From Octopus sinensis (taxonomy: Eukaryota): a DNA stretch of 64,000 nt. Shown piece after piece: positions 1-11,868 of the stretch (position 1 is the first letter of the stretch; every line of letters starts with the position of its first letter). The notes below the pieces were generated by a model. It made no database searches. It was not told where the DNA came from and worked only from the letters and a program-made list of their open reading frames with translations. The translations under genes and the position numbers were made by a program. The stretch lies in NCBI RefSeq assembly GCF_006345805.1, contig NW_021831284.1, positions 310,001 through 374,000 of the forward strand, in the 5' to 3' direction.

Positions 1-99
1 CAAAGTTTTTTTACTCTGCTAATATGTATCCTTTGATCTTTTTAATCCTCTTCATTAATTATCGTTACGAGTTCTCGATCCTTATTTTTCACAATATAT

Positions 100-701
100 T
101 TTTGTGCAGATATTTCGTCGTATAATGGGTATTTTCTATAACCCGGGTTTGCATCCCTATCATGCCGTATTAATACTTCATCGCCACTTTTCACTTCATA
201 TTTCCATTTTCAAAGCCACATCAGTACGTATGGCACCATAAATTGTGAGTGTCAATAAACTGTACAACCTATCACGTCCAAAGTGATTAAGATTGTGTTG
301 AACCTAATTTAAATAGACAAATATACTACTTCAATGAATTTTAACTTAAGTTCAGCGTCTTCGATACAAAAGAAACGCAACTTTGAGCCATTTTTAGAAA
401 TGTAGGTGTTGTTCTCCTTGAAACTAAATTTTTTGCCCTTTCTTCCGAACTCAAGGAATTATCAAGGTGGCCTGATTCCAAATACTCCCTAATTTTTTCG
501 AGGGTGTCTCGAGTTAATTCAACTAAAACCATTGATTAATGCTAATCTTTTCAACTTTTTAGAACTTTTTTATTAATAAGATTTTATTTTTTTATTATCA
601 ATATTTTTTTGCAATGAAATGTTTTGTAGGAAAAATATTTGTTTTGTATTTAGATAATTGACCTGACCGATCTGGCGCCCCGGCCGGTCTGGACGGTGAC
701 A
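100..701 (-). mobile_element. Internally deleted Ginger/KRBA2-like integrase transposon remnant
   Basis: Minus-strand fragments HNLNHFGRDRLYSLL..YG (integrase zinc-binding region) and GDEVLIRHDRDANP..RKIP (C-terminal region). The minus strand begins TGTCAC at 701, matching Ginger-type TGT termini. Catalytic core not seen. Confidence 0.45.
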
Positions 702-1075
702 TTAAATATAAAGGTGTTAAAACTGATACGGGAAGAGACAAAGAATATACGAGATGAGAATTGAGGCTATTCTCAAAGCATCAAGCTTGTCGTGTGGCAC
801 ATAAGTCTCTGTCTCTCATGAACCCAAAACAGATAATTATATTCTTAAAATTTTCAACTTACTGAAATCTAAGAAGATGCCATTACGGATCCCCAAACAG
901 GCTCGGATCTCTGCGGCAAACTGTTTGTGCGATTTCATCATGATGTGTTAAGCTCCGGGAGGACCCTTCTTGGATCCGTCTTCTTTCATTTGCACCTTGT
1001 GTCTTTGGGCAACCAATTTAAAGTTCTGTACAAAAGCAGAGTTTCTCTGTAGCCATTAAGTCGAACTCTGCGAGA

Positions 1076-2054
1076 TTGGATGTTTCATGGATTGACTGCG
1101 ATTGTGAAGCAAGCAGTTACCAAACGTCCATTAAGGAAAAATGGTTTAAAACCCATGTCAGTCGTAAACACATGGATCTTTTTTTTACCAATTCAGTGAT
1201 AAACATACTTCCGAGACTTTGGAACATCTCAAAAACAAACATCCGATGCTCCAAGCAGACTTACGAAAGTTTCCCACGCAAAACAATGGTCTTGTAAATT
1301 TCTGAGGATGAAATTTTGGAAGAAATTTGTTCTTTTAGACCAAGTAGCAATGGGGGAATTGAAGCTCTCTGGCAAAGTCATAAAAAGGAAATTACTTGTC
1401 AATTGTTTATGGGAGCTGGAATCTGCCTGATCAAGTGTATTACGAAACTTATCAAACGGATCGTCAATGCTTTGATGTCACCTTGGATGAGTTATCTAAA
1501 GTTGTTCATGGTCTGGAAAAAATGGAGCTGATAGTCAACAACAAAAAATCTGAGATCATAAATTTCTTAGTTCCAACATACAACTTTAGCTTAGTAATAA
1601 AAAATATTACAAAACAAACAGATTTTAATGATGTTAATTTTCCCGGGTGTCCTTTCGGGAATTCCGAATTGCAAAAGCATCTCCAAGCTAAGAGTGTCGA
1701 AATTTACCGTTTTTCTGCCGTCTCTCTCTACTTGACTCTCGCATGGCCTTTTTTCCCTCAAAAAACTATTATATTTGCTGAGGTCTCTCCCTGCTATATA
1801 CAAGATGAATTATTGTTTGCTGGAATAGCTTTGATTCTATGGGTTTTTGTGTCATAGAAAACCCACTTGGGCACAATCGTAGAGGAAGACAGTTGACCTC
1901 CTTTCTACAAGATGTGACAAAAATGTTCAATCATTCTTATTTCAGAAGACACGATGAGATTTTTAAATGCTTAAATTTGCAGTTGTGCAGGAAATTTAGA
2001 ATTAGGAAAACTAAGAAGCTTAAAAACGACTCTGTTCAATTCATGGGCAAATAA
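1076..2054 (+). mobile_element. Degenerate CR1/L2-like LINE reverse-transcriptase fragments
   Basis: Fragments FFTNSVINILPRLWN (resembles the CR1/L2 RT C-terminal motif FFSNRVV..WN.LP), LIVNNKKSEII and SLYLTLAWP. Broken and out of order. Confidence 0.4.
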
Positions 2055-2057
2055 AAG

Positions 2058-4524
2058 TGGATACAAAAATCAAAACCGATATTGCTGTGAAAAACAACAA
2101 CCAGAATATATTTACAAGACTCGGAATATGATGACGCTCATTAAAATTGAAATAACGTCACAAAGTTGCTTGAAACAGGTCTAAGTGAAAGAAATACATA
2201 AATATGAACTGTGAAAATTAGGAATTATTAATAATGCAAAAGTAAAAATAATCCTCTTGGTCTTTATAAAAGAAAGAATTGTCTCAGAGTATGTGAAAAC
2301 CTATCTAGACTCTTCGAAGGGACAAAACGCAACTATATCCAGTTGGTTGTGCTTTGAAAGACATTGAATATAAGCGGAGAAAAAATGCTTCTAAAACCCG
2401 GACATTGAAAGTAAATAACAAATCTTCAGATAGATGACCAGAGGCACTTACCCATTCTGCCTTCTAGTGATCGCCCTAACTTAAACGCGTTTTACTAGTG
2501 ATGTTCCATTTAGTTTAAATTATAAGTTATAATTTATGTTATATTTATAACTAGGGCAATTTTTTTTTTAACCTAAAAACTTCGATTTTTTAACCTAAAA
2601 ATTTTAACTTTTTAACCTAAAAATAACCAAATTTTAACCTATAAAACAAAAATTTTAACCTAACAAATTTTAACTTAAGAATCATTTATTATACAAACAT
2701 ATAACATAATTCTCTATATTTTCAATATTAAAATTTCTGTTATCCCTCATAAAGTTTTTAATTTGAGAGAAGCATCGTTATAGGAGGATGAAGGCTGACA
2801 CTTTAAAAGCATACAATATTCTTCAGGAGAAATTGATGAATTTGTCATTCTTATAATTTGACATAAATTATTTTTTTGTAATCGTTCATTCAAATATTTT
2901 TCAATTATATCTGATTCGTCGTCAAATTTTAAATTCTTTAGCTCATTGTAAGCTAACTCTATTGAGGAGTGAGAACTTTCAAATTTGCACAATAATTCTG
3001 CTATTATTAAACTAGTTTTATCTGGAATTGTCGAATAATTTCTAACAATAGAACTTAAGCTTTTTACTAGAGATTCATCTCTTAGGCTATTTTTTGCAGC
3101 CTGAACAATGATTCCATCATCAGGAATTGTTTTGAAAATGTTTATCACATGTATTAAATTTTTTGCATAATAAAATGCAGCAGTTAGCCAAGTACCCCAT
3201 CTAGTTAAAACTACATGAGGTGGAATTCCAATTTCATTAAATAGTCGTTTTCTCTTGTTATTTTTTGTTATTGCCACTTGAATTGATGCAATAAGAGAAT
3301 CAATTTCAGGATAAATAGTCCTGATTTTCATTGAAAAATTATGCATCAGATGAGCAACACAAGTTACGTGAAATAACCTTGGATATAAAAGCTTAAGAAC
3401 TTTTCCAGCTATAATTATATGTTAAATTAAAACCTGCTAGCATATATTTAGCGGAATCTGTTATTAGGAGAAGGAAATTTTGTCTTTCAATTAAAACGCA
3501 TTTAATCGTATCGTCAACAATTTGAATAATTGTTTCTTTGGTAGAAGTTTTATCAATTTTTACGAAAGAAATCAAATAAGTTTTATCGGGATTTTTAAGT
3601 ATCCCCATTAAAACTGCAACAAATTTTTGACTACGAATAGTGACCTCGTCACTTATGGCGAATACAAGTTGATTTCTAAAAAATTATATATTCATAAACC
3701 TAAACTTTTCTTGAAATAATACAATATATTCAGTTTTCAATTGTTTAACGCACATTCTTGCTTTGTATTGGGAAGGAAGAGGCAAAGAAGTATTCTTGAA
3801 TAAATTCTTTAGAGGAGGCATAGTCAATTTATGCAAGGGTATATCGCATTGAATAAATGCTTTAGTGACTTGCATTGACCAGTCATCATTGGGTAACTCG
3901 TCCAAACAAGGCTGATAGAAATTATTCTCTAAAAATTATATTAATTTGTAAAAACTTAATAAATTTGAGTGCTTCTTCGATTCTCGGTGAGAATTCACAA
4001 AATGCTTTTTCTCACACCTGACTGTGCATAAGCAAAGTTGACATTGCAACTCGCCATTCTCTCGTAATAAAAACTCCAGCGGATATTTAATAACAATTTT
4101 TTTTGCCTTAAAATACATTGTTTTTACAGTTCTGGCATACTAAACACCCACGCGCTATTTTAAATAAAGTTAAAATTTTTAACTTTATAAAAAATTTTTT
4201 TTTAACTTTTTAACTTTATTTTTTTCTTTAATAAGTAACTATTTCATTTAAAAAATACTTTATTTTTACTTTTAAGCCAAAATACACATTTTCATATATT
4301 TTAACTTTTTTAACTTAAATTGCCCTATTTATAACACAATATTACATAATTAAAGTACCCTAGTAAATATTAATTTCAAACACACTTCAATGCAGTGAAG
4401 CATAGTCATGTAATTAAACTATTAAAACTTACAGCCCAAGGACCCAATTTGTGTGACTATCCAGCCCTTCGATGGATACAAAAATCAGAACCGATATTTC
4501 TGTGAAAAACAACAACCAGAATAT
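2058..4524 (+). repeat. 52-bp direct repeat pair (2058-2109 and 4473-4524)
   Basis: TGGATACAAAAATCA[A/G]AACCGATATT[G/T]CTGTGAAAAACAACAACCAGAATAT occurs twice with 2 mismatches. Confidence 0.9.
2552..4327 (-). mobile_element. hAT DNA transposon with CGGBP1-like transposase (frameshifted)
   Basis: TIRs TAGGGCAATTT/AAATTGCCCTA; perfect 8-bp TSD TTTATAAC (2544-2551, 4328-4335); subterminal TTTTAACCT arrays. ORF pieces: N-terminal zinc finger CQLC..HRESKKH, TKAFIQCDIPLHKL, LLITDSAKYM, VLTRWGTWLTAA. Confidence 0.92.
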
Positions 4525-5129
4525 CTTATCATTATCATTCATATCACTCACATATGTTTATAAATCTGCTGAGTTTACTAAAATGATACTCGCGTATATG
4601 CACGTATTTTACAAGTATAAATAGAGGATTTCGTCTCGTTATTTGAGATAAAAAGTGCCCAAAGTGCGATTGCTCAAAGCTAACTTTCAAATTGACCCAA
4701 TAAATGATGTGACTATGGCGGTTTTATACGAATTAATATCCGAAGGTATTCCCTGTCATAATATCAACAAGACGATAAACCTTCCCAAAACACTTTTTAC
4801 CATTTTTTATTTTAGAAACACAAGATCCTCCAATTTTCAGCATTGAGTGGATTAAAATTTTTTCTTGGTTTACAAAATCTTTGATATTTTTTGAAAATAG
4901 TTTGACTTCAATTTGGACACAAAAACTATTTAAATAGTTCCAAATTTTTGCACAATTTATCTTTTTTCACTTTTTTTCGGAGTTTTCAAAAATTCTGCGT
5001 TTTTCGGATTGAATCATGATTTTAGACTCATCTTTGACTCGTATTCTGAAATCTGTAATATCACGGAATGATAAATTTGTTAAAATTTGACGAGATTGCC
5101 TATCTTATAATGTTCGAGAATATAATAAC

Positions 5130-6290
5130 TTGATGGGAAAATGGGAAAGAATAAGCACGATGCACTAATTGCATTTTTGCAGGATTAGCAATCTTTTTTG
5201 TCAAATTTTGAGACGATAGTGAGGCACCTGTCAAAACTTATTTCTCGGATGATTTATAAAACCTTATAGTGATTTATAAAACTTTATAGTGATAGTGATT
5301 TATAAAATCATGTATTATGAAGGCTACAGAAATTATACCATCAATTATCGATCTTATTTGGTAAGTATCAGCCTTACAAGAAATACTTTGGCGAATAAGA
5401 TTTCGGATCTGGCCACTGATTTTCATAATAAACTCACGACATAAATCAGTTCATTCATTAACTTTTCTATCGTTATTGACGAGAACACATTATGGTTGTG
5501 GTTCAGTTGGGACTATATTCATTTGTGGTGTGGACGAGAATTTTACGGTCACAGATAAATTTACTATATTTTGCACAACGAGGTACTCTGCACTGAATTG
5601 TTAAAAACGGAAATGTAATAAAAGTGTTTATCCGAAAAGTAAATTTTATTCGTGTCAGAGGTCTAAATCACCCTCAATTCAAAAATTTTCTCAGCGATAT
5701 TATTTTTACTTAGATTGCCACATCATTCCGCAGTAAAGCGGTTACATCGAAGTGTAGTATCGATAAGATTTTTGAGAAAAAATCAAACACTTCTTTTTTG
5801 CAACAGCAAGCCTTTTAACAAATTGGATCTCTTGATTGGTTGCTAGACTTAACATTTTTGGTAGACATTACAGAATATCTCAACACCCTTAACACAAGTT
5901 GGCAAGGCCGAAAGAATGTTATTGCAAAATATTTCGAATGATACAAGCTTTCGCAGTGAAACTTATGTTATGGGAAACACAATTGACGAAGGGAAGCATT
6001 GAGCATTTTCTTGTTTAAAAAGTGTAATTTTCGTTACATTCGAATATTGAAAACATTGAACAGAAAGTAAACGGAAAATAACAGTATTTCTTTGAAAGTA
6101 CATATCTATGTGAACAACTTTTCACTTTAATGAACATGTACAAAACAATTACCACACTCACCTAAGTGAGAATCTAAGATTGACGGTAAATCAGGATTTC
6201 ACAACAGATATAGACGATATTATGAAGAAAAAAAGATGCCAAGTTCCTGGATCATATTATTAATGCAATTCTCGCAAATTAAAAAAGTTA
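5130..6290 (+). mobile_element. Decayed hAT transposase of GTF2IRD2/SPIN type
   Basis: Fragments SLTRNTLANKISDLA, FSIVIDE, CGVDENFTVT, DWLLDL.FLVDITEYLNTLN..WQG and a KKRCQVPG end. No intact ORF; termini not found. Confidence 0.7.
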
Positions 6291-6332
6291 ACGAAGATTC
6301 CACTTTTGCCACGCGACTCAGAATCCACTCTG

Positions 6333-6690
6333 CTAGTCTTCTCCACCCTCCCCTGTTTTGTGCAGTATCGTCCAGATCATCTGTGTAAAAAATTGAGGTT
6401 TTCTAATTCGTTGTACGGCAGGATTGGTTAGACAAATGAGTTGTACAGTCGAATTCAAAGGCGGTTTCCTATGTGTTTGTGCTTCATCCAGATCGACCAC
6501 GTTTTTTAAAGGAAGCAAAAGCCAGCACTTTTCTTTAAATAACATCCTCAGAGTCCTCAAGAAAAGATCAAACTTTCTTGCATGTTCTCCACTTCTCTTC
6601 CTTTCTGGTTCCAAGGCTGGATATGGTAGTTATTTCCGTTTTGTCTGGGTATACTACCAGAAACCAGTCTTTCACCAGAAACCAGTCAAA
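6333..6690 (-). mobile_element. Possible Tc1/mariner transposase remnant
   Basis: KRGRSG-like HTH-linker fragment followed by an FTDD-like first catalytic-Asp fragment; highly degenerate. Confidence 0.3.
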
Positions 6691-7359
6691 TAACATTTTT
6701 TATCGATAAATATAACTTTCGTGGTTAGATCAGAATAATGCATTTGAAATAGCGGTATTTGTAGAGAATTCCGATGTTAAAAATTATGTAAAATTGTTAA
6801 ACAAAAACTAAAAGATAACAATAAACAATAGCAACAAAAGTGACATCCTAAAAATGATTCTAATAAGGTCAACCATACAAAATTAATTTAAAAACTTTTT
6901 AGTAAATAAATAATATTTTTATTAATGATGAATTATTTGTATTAAATAAGAGATCCGATACATTTTTTTGATTAGACGTTAAAAAAGATCCATTTGATCA
7001 CTTACCAATAAAAAAATTTTCAGTATGTAAAACTTTTCCAGGAACAAATGACGTGTGGTGGGCGACGGTAGGAAGCTGACAAATGGGAACTGGGCGAACC
7101 AGATATTCCCCACTTCTCATTAAATCCGGAAAGCTGTATTAAAGATTTGGAGGCTAATGTTGATCAGCACGGACAGTTCCTTCTTCCTTGGCTTCTTCAC
7201 TCGATCAGTTAGCTATGACTGTTTTGTGTCGGGTTTGCAATATTATGCAAGCTTAAGGGTTAATAATAATAAAGTTCTATTTGTTCAATCTCCAGTTGAC
7301 TATAGTTTTTTGAAAGATGTAAACAGAGGAGTTTCTCTCAACAATCTGGAATTTAATTA

Positions 7360-8571
7360 CAGTAAAACCTCTCTAATCCGCCGATTTTGGGACCGACCAA
7401 AAAATCGGCGGATTCGAGAGGCAATTTAAATAAAATTTTATAGTTAAAACATGAACTTACAATATAGATTAAATATTTCTTTTTATATACAAATGACTGA
7501 ATACACAAATTATTTATATTCAAATTATCAGAAATTTTATAACATTTCCTCAATTCGCATAATATTTTAGAGATCATCTATCTATTGCAAGTAGAATTTT
7601 TCTTTTTTGCTTCGCAAGTTCACAATCAAAATAACTGAGCCACTTGTTAAAAATTTCAGGGTTCATCCATGTCTTATTGGAATGGGTGTAGGTAACATAT
7701 TTTCCAATGTTGAAATTTTTAAAACATCTTGGACTTTTAAATCTTCCTATCATTACAGGCCTTCTTTTATCGGAACCAGAACAATTTGCGCATAATAGTA
7801 AAGAAAATCGATCCTTCAATAACTTTATTCCAGGCCTTGATTTAGTGCACACATGTTTAGAACAAATCGCCTTGTAAAAAACACCACTTTCATCTGAATT
7901 ATAGACATTGTCCAATCCATATTGTTCAGTTTTTAAACTGATTGTTTCATTAAAATCAGCAATAGATTTTTCATCATGATTTACTGATCCAGTGTCTCCA
8001 TGAAATTTTCTGACTTGATACCATTTCGTAATTTAAACTTTTCTAGCCACCCACGACTTGCTTTAAATTCTGGAAAATTTTTTCAAAATTTAAGAGCTTT
8101 TGCAATTAACATCGAATCTGATAGAATTGCTCCACTAGATTCCATTAAGTCAATCCATGTTATCATCGCTACATCAATTTCATTAAATTTGAGTTTTGGA
8201 ATTCTCATTATGTTTAATTTTTGACATCAGTCCTATTCAAAAGGTCCAATTTTGATTTAAGGTCGTTTATAGTTTTCGGAAAAATTTTCTTTTTTAATCG
8301 TGAAGAAAAAATCCTGGAAATTTGAGGTGCAGAAAAACAAATGGGTTGTCAGAAATATAACGTAGTATATAAATTTTTTCGTTGATAGAAAGTCTAACAC
8401 AACGACGCATTACAAAAATACAATTTAACGTGTAATAAAAATTTAAAATGTTAATAAAAAATTATTTTTCATAATACTTGAGGAGCGGATTCAAGAATCA
8501 TTCATAAGAAATATCAAATTTTGATTAAAACAAGCGGATTCGAGAAGCGGCGGATTCGAGAGGTTTCACTG
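7360..8571 (-). mobile_element. Internally deleted pogo/Tigger DNA transposon
   Basis: 24-bp TIRs CAGT[A/G]AAACCTCTC[T/G]AATCCGCCG with TA TSDs. Encodes CENP-B-type HTH fragments and DDE_1 motifs VYNSDESGVFY, LLLCANCSG, NKTWM, KILLAID. Confidence 0.92.
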
Positions 8572-8772
8572 TATATCTTTTCAGAGCATATCCAACATAA
8601 AAAAGAATATAAATCAAATCGGAAAATCACATAATTAGCAGAAATTATGAAAGTAATAATTTTAATTCAATTCAGATTATACTATGTATTGGAAATTCAT
8701 GAATTTTGAAAAAAAAGTTATTTCAATCTGGATTTCGTATGAAATCTTTGACAAGGTTGTAATTAATATATT

Positions 8773-11654
8773 ATTGATGCCAGTTTTGAGAAACTGTTCG
8801 AAAGGACAAACTTTAGGCCAAAAGGACGACCAAAATGCCTGAGAAAACGTTTTTTCTCACTGATTGGTGAAAACATTGTGGAACGAGTGGAAGGGTGTCA
8901 AGTGGAGGACAGAGGGGAGGGACGTGGATCCTAAAATACCTGGAGAGTGTGGTGGAGGTGACGAAGGCGGACCTGTGTGTGATAGGAGTAATACACCCCT
9001 CGACAAAAAATTTGGTTATTAATCTTTCCTGCTTTTTTCATTTAAAAACGAATAAATTCATACTTTAAGATCCTTTAGATCTTCTAAAATAATATTTTTT
9101 TGTATTTATAATTAAAATAGATTTAAATTTTAATATTGCAAGAAATTTAAAGCATGTCGGCAATTAGGTTAGTGACATAAAATTGGTTATAAAATTTAAA
9201 CCGTCAAATTATGCTAGTATTTAGAGATTGATCTTATAAAAAAATTTTTAGATATAATACTCTCGATTCGTTTATGAAAGGGAAAATAATTGCGCTATAC
9301 GACTTAAATATGTCATATATTAAAATTTCTAAAGAAACCGGTGTTCCATATTCAACAGTCGTAAATTTTATCAAGAAATACAATAAAACTGGATCATATG
9401 ACCGCCAACATGGTTCTGGAAGACTATCAATTTTGAATAATGTGCAAATTAATCATTTGGTAGGCACATCAGAGGAAAATTCATCTTTAACTGCCTCTGA
9501 ACTCTCTAATGAAATAGAAAAGTTTTCTGGAACACGTGTCTCGTCTCGAACCATAATACGAAATTTAAATAAAAATGGAATTTTCGCAAGAATTGCAAAG
9601 AAAAAACCACTTCTAACAAAAAAAACACATGGTTTCCAGATTCGAGATTGTCCAAAAATTTCTTCAAATTTCAGACCATGATTTAGATCAATAATCTTTT
9701 CTGATGAATGTATTTTGAATTATTACCGATCCAAAAAAGAAAAATTGTGCATAGAAAAAAATTTGAAATGAATAAATTCGAAAATATTACTCCAATTGTC
9801 AAATTTGGAAAAGGTAAATTATGATGTAATAAAAAATTAGGGAAAGTCATGGTGTGGGGTTGTTTTTCCTATCATGGGGTAGGCTATTTGGTATTTATAG
9901 ACAAAACGCTTAATTCTGCAAAATATCAATCTATTTTGACCAATAATTTGCCATTTTCTGTACAAAAAATGGGGATTGTTGACTATATTTTAAACAAGAC
10001 ATCGCTCCCTGCCATACATCAAAAATGATTATTCAATATTTTCGCGAAAAAAATATTAAAAAATTAGAATGGCCTTCGCAATCTCCGGATTTAAATCCGA
10101 TAGAGCATTTGTGGGCTTATATGAAGGTTCAAATTAGGCAAAAAAAAAATGAGAACATTCAGGCACTGAAGGAAAAATCTATTAGATATTTGGAATTCTA
10201 TTCCACCAAAAACACTTGAAAAATTAGTTGAGTCAATGAAAAAAAGGTGTTGGGAGATCTATTCGGCAAAGGAGGTTATTCTACATATTAATCTCACAAT
10301 AACCAAATTTTATGCCAATGAAAGTCGTTGGTTTTTCCAAATTTCTTAGACAAAATTTCAAAATTTAAATAATTAAATTAATTTTATCAATTTTATCAGA
10401 TTTTAAAATATATCTGAAGAAAAAATTAAATCATTCTTTGTATGAATGAAGTAAGTTGAAGATTCACCAATATTTATGTCGAGGGGTGTATAGTGAGTGA
10501 GCAGGCGTATAGTGAGGAATGTTTCCCCCGTGAGTACAACATGTTGAGTGATACAGTGAGTGCTACCACAGGGTGGTGAGTGAGCGAGTATGTGTTGAGA
10601 ATGAGGAGTAGTTGGAGTACTTGGTGAGTGAGGCAGAGGGGAATCAGATGCTGTCGTTGATTATTGGTTGGACAAGGCAGTCAGTGAGTGAGTGAGTATA
10701 TATAGCAGATGGGGGTTGTTCTTCGTGGATATAAAGGTGGGTATGACTTTGGAGGTGTGGGCCATTGGTGAGTGAGGAGGTGATGGAGGGACTGATAGAG
10801 GGGTATGGTGAGTGACTAAGCAGATTCCTGGCCCACTACTCAGAGGAATTGGGGTGGTGTATGAGGAAGGGACTGGAACAGGACAGGGCGGACTGGCATT
10901 CGAGGACAGAGCCGAGACCAATCGAGTGAGTGATAAATATTTGACTTGTCTGTACATGTCAGTGGTGGGGATGCACGAACAACGATTGAGAGTGATAAGG
11001 CAAGTGGAGGGGTATTCTCTCCTGGGAAGGGCAATGGAAGTGTCCCTCGACTCCCTCATCTCCTTCTCCCCCACTACAGACGTACTCCTCCTATATATAG
11101 TAGACGAGCTGACGTGTCTAATCCAACAACACGGGCAGGACAGAGAGTGTCCCTCCCCTCTTCACCCACTACATGATTGCCAACTCCAATAACCTCCTAC
11201 TCCAAACTCTGTCACCCCACTCCCCTCCTCCACAGACTCAGAGACCACCTCCTGTTGGCCTATGTCGACGCACTGTAACCACACACCCTCACATCCCTCA
11301 GCAAACTCAATTGAAGAGGGCAGTAGTCCATGTCCACAAGTTGGAGACGTTGTTTGGGCGGCTGGCCGACAGTCCCTCCCTCCCCCTCTTTCATTTTTTG
11401 GATGACATGCTCAGACTGTTAAAGCAGGAGGACAGGTCGATGAGGTTCATTGAGATCACAGTTCTGTCCTGTCTTATGTGTAGGAGTTTATTGACAAGTA
11501 CGACCAGATCACCCCCGAACAGGTCGTGTCCATTGTCGCCATTCGAGATGACTTTAGTAAGGCTGCTGTCAGGGATGTCCTCAGAGACACCTTCAGTCGA
11601 GACTTTCTTCACAAGACTAAGCCTGTCTCCGGATTCTTCTCCTTACTCCCTTAA
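8773..11654 (+). pseudogene. EXOC3: Exocyst component Sec6/EXOC3, micro-intron rich, Tc1-interrupted, with frameshifts and an apparent internal deletion (5' part may extend to ~7270)
   Basis: Collinear matches to recalled EXOC3 sequence: NFRPKGRPK..ERVEG, WILKYLE..DL, ECFPREY, YHRVVSERLEYL, WCMRKGLEQDRADW, YMIANSNN, LKQEDRSMRFIEITEFIDKYDQI..VAIRDD. Stop codon at 11652-11654. Predicted introns ~16-27 nt. Confidence 0.85.
8994..10488 (+). mobile_element. Tc1 element (DD34E transposase), near full length
   Basis: TIRs CACCCCTCGACA/TGTCGAGGGGTG with TA TSDs. Paired HTH ORF from 9274; motifs IIFSDE, VMVWGC, QDIAPCH..WPSQSPDLNPIEHLW with 34 residues between the second D and E. Confidence 0.95.
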
Positions 11655-11694
11655 TGCACTTTTTTCATGTTTTTTGAAGTTTGAAATATTAAAT

Positions 11695-11762
11695 GTCACA
11701 GTCGGTTAATGAAACACGCCGTTGCGTTTCATTAACGGCGTGTTTCTTTATCGGACTGTGAC
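11695..11762. repeat. 68-bp imperfect hairpin (two TIR-like arms, mini-element-like)
   Basis: GTCACAGTCGGTTAATGAAACACGCCGTT is nearly complementary to AACGGCGTGTTTCTTTATCGGACTGTGAC across a 10-nt spacer. Confidence 0.8.
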
Positions 11763-11868
11763 TTATTGGTTGTGGGTCACTCTTGTGTGCTTGTTGGGTG
11801 TTGTTAAAAAATTCTAGTCATTATTTAGTTTTTGTTTTAATTATTATTTGTAATTGCAACAATATTTA

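Noticed and set aside
8870-11654. Simple contamination by a GC-rich organism
   Set aside because: The reading frame continues from AT-rich 5' exons into the island, and an AT-rich Tc1 with TA TSDs sits inside it. This is not fully excluded without read mapping.
10661-11709. Long supplied ORFs in the GC island (137, 126 and 178 aa) as novel proteins
   Set aside because: They are read-through or antisense frames of EXOC3 exons and introns; the high GC simply reduces stop codons.
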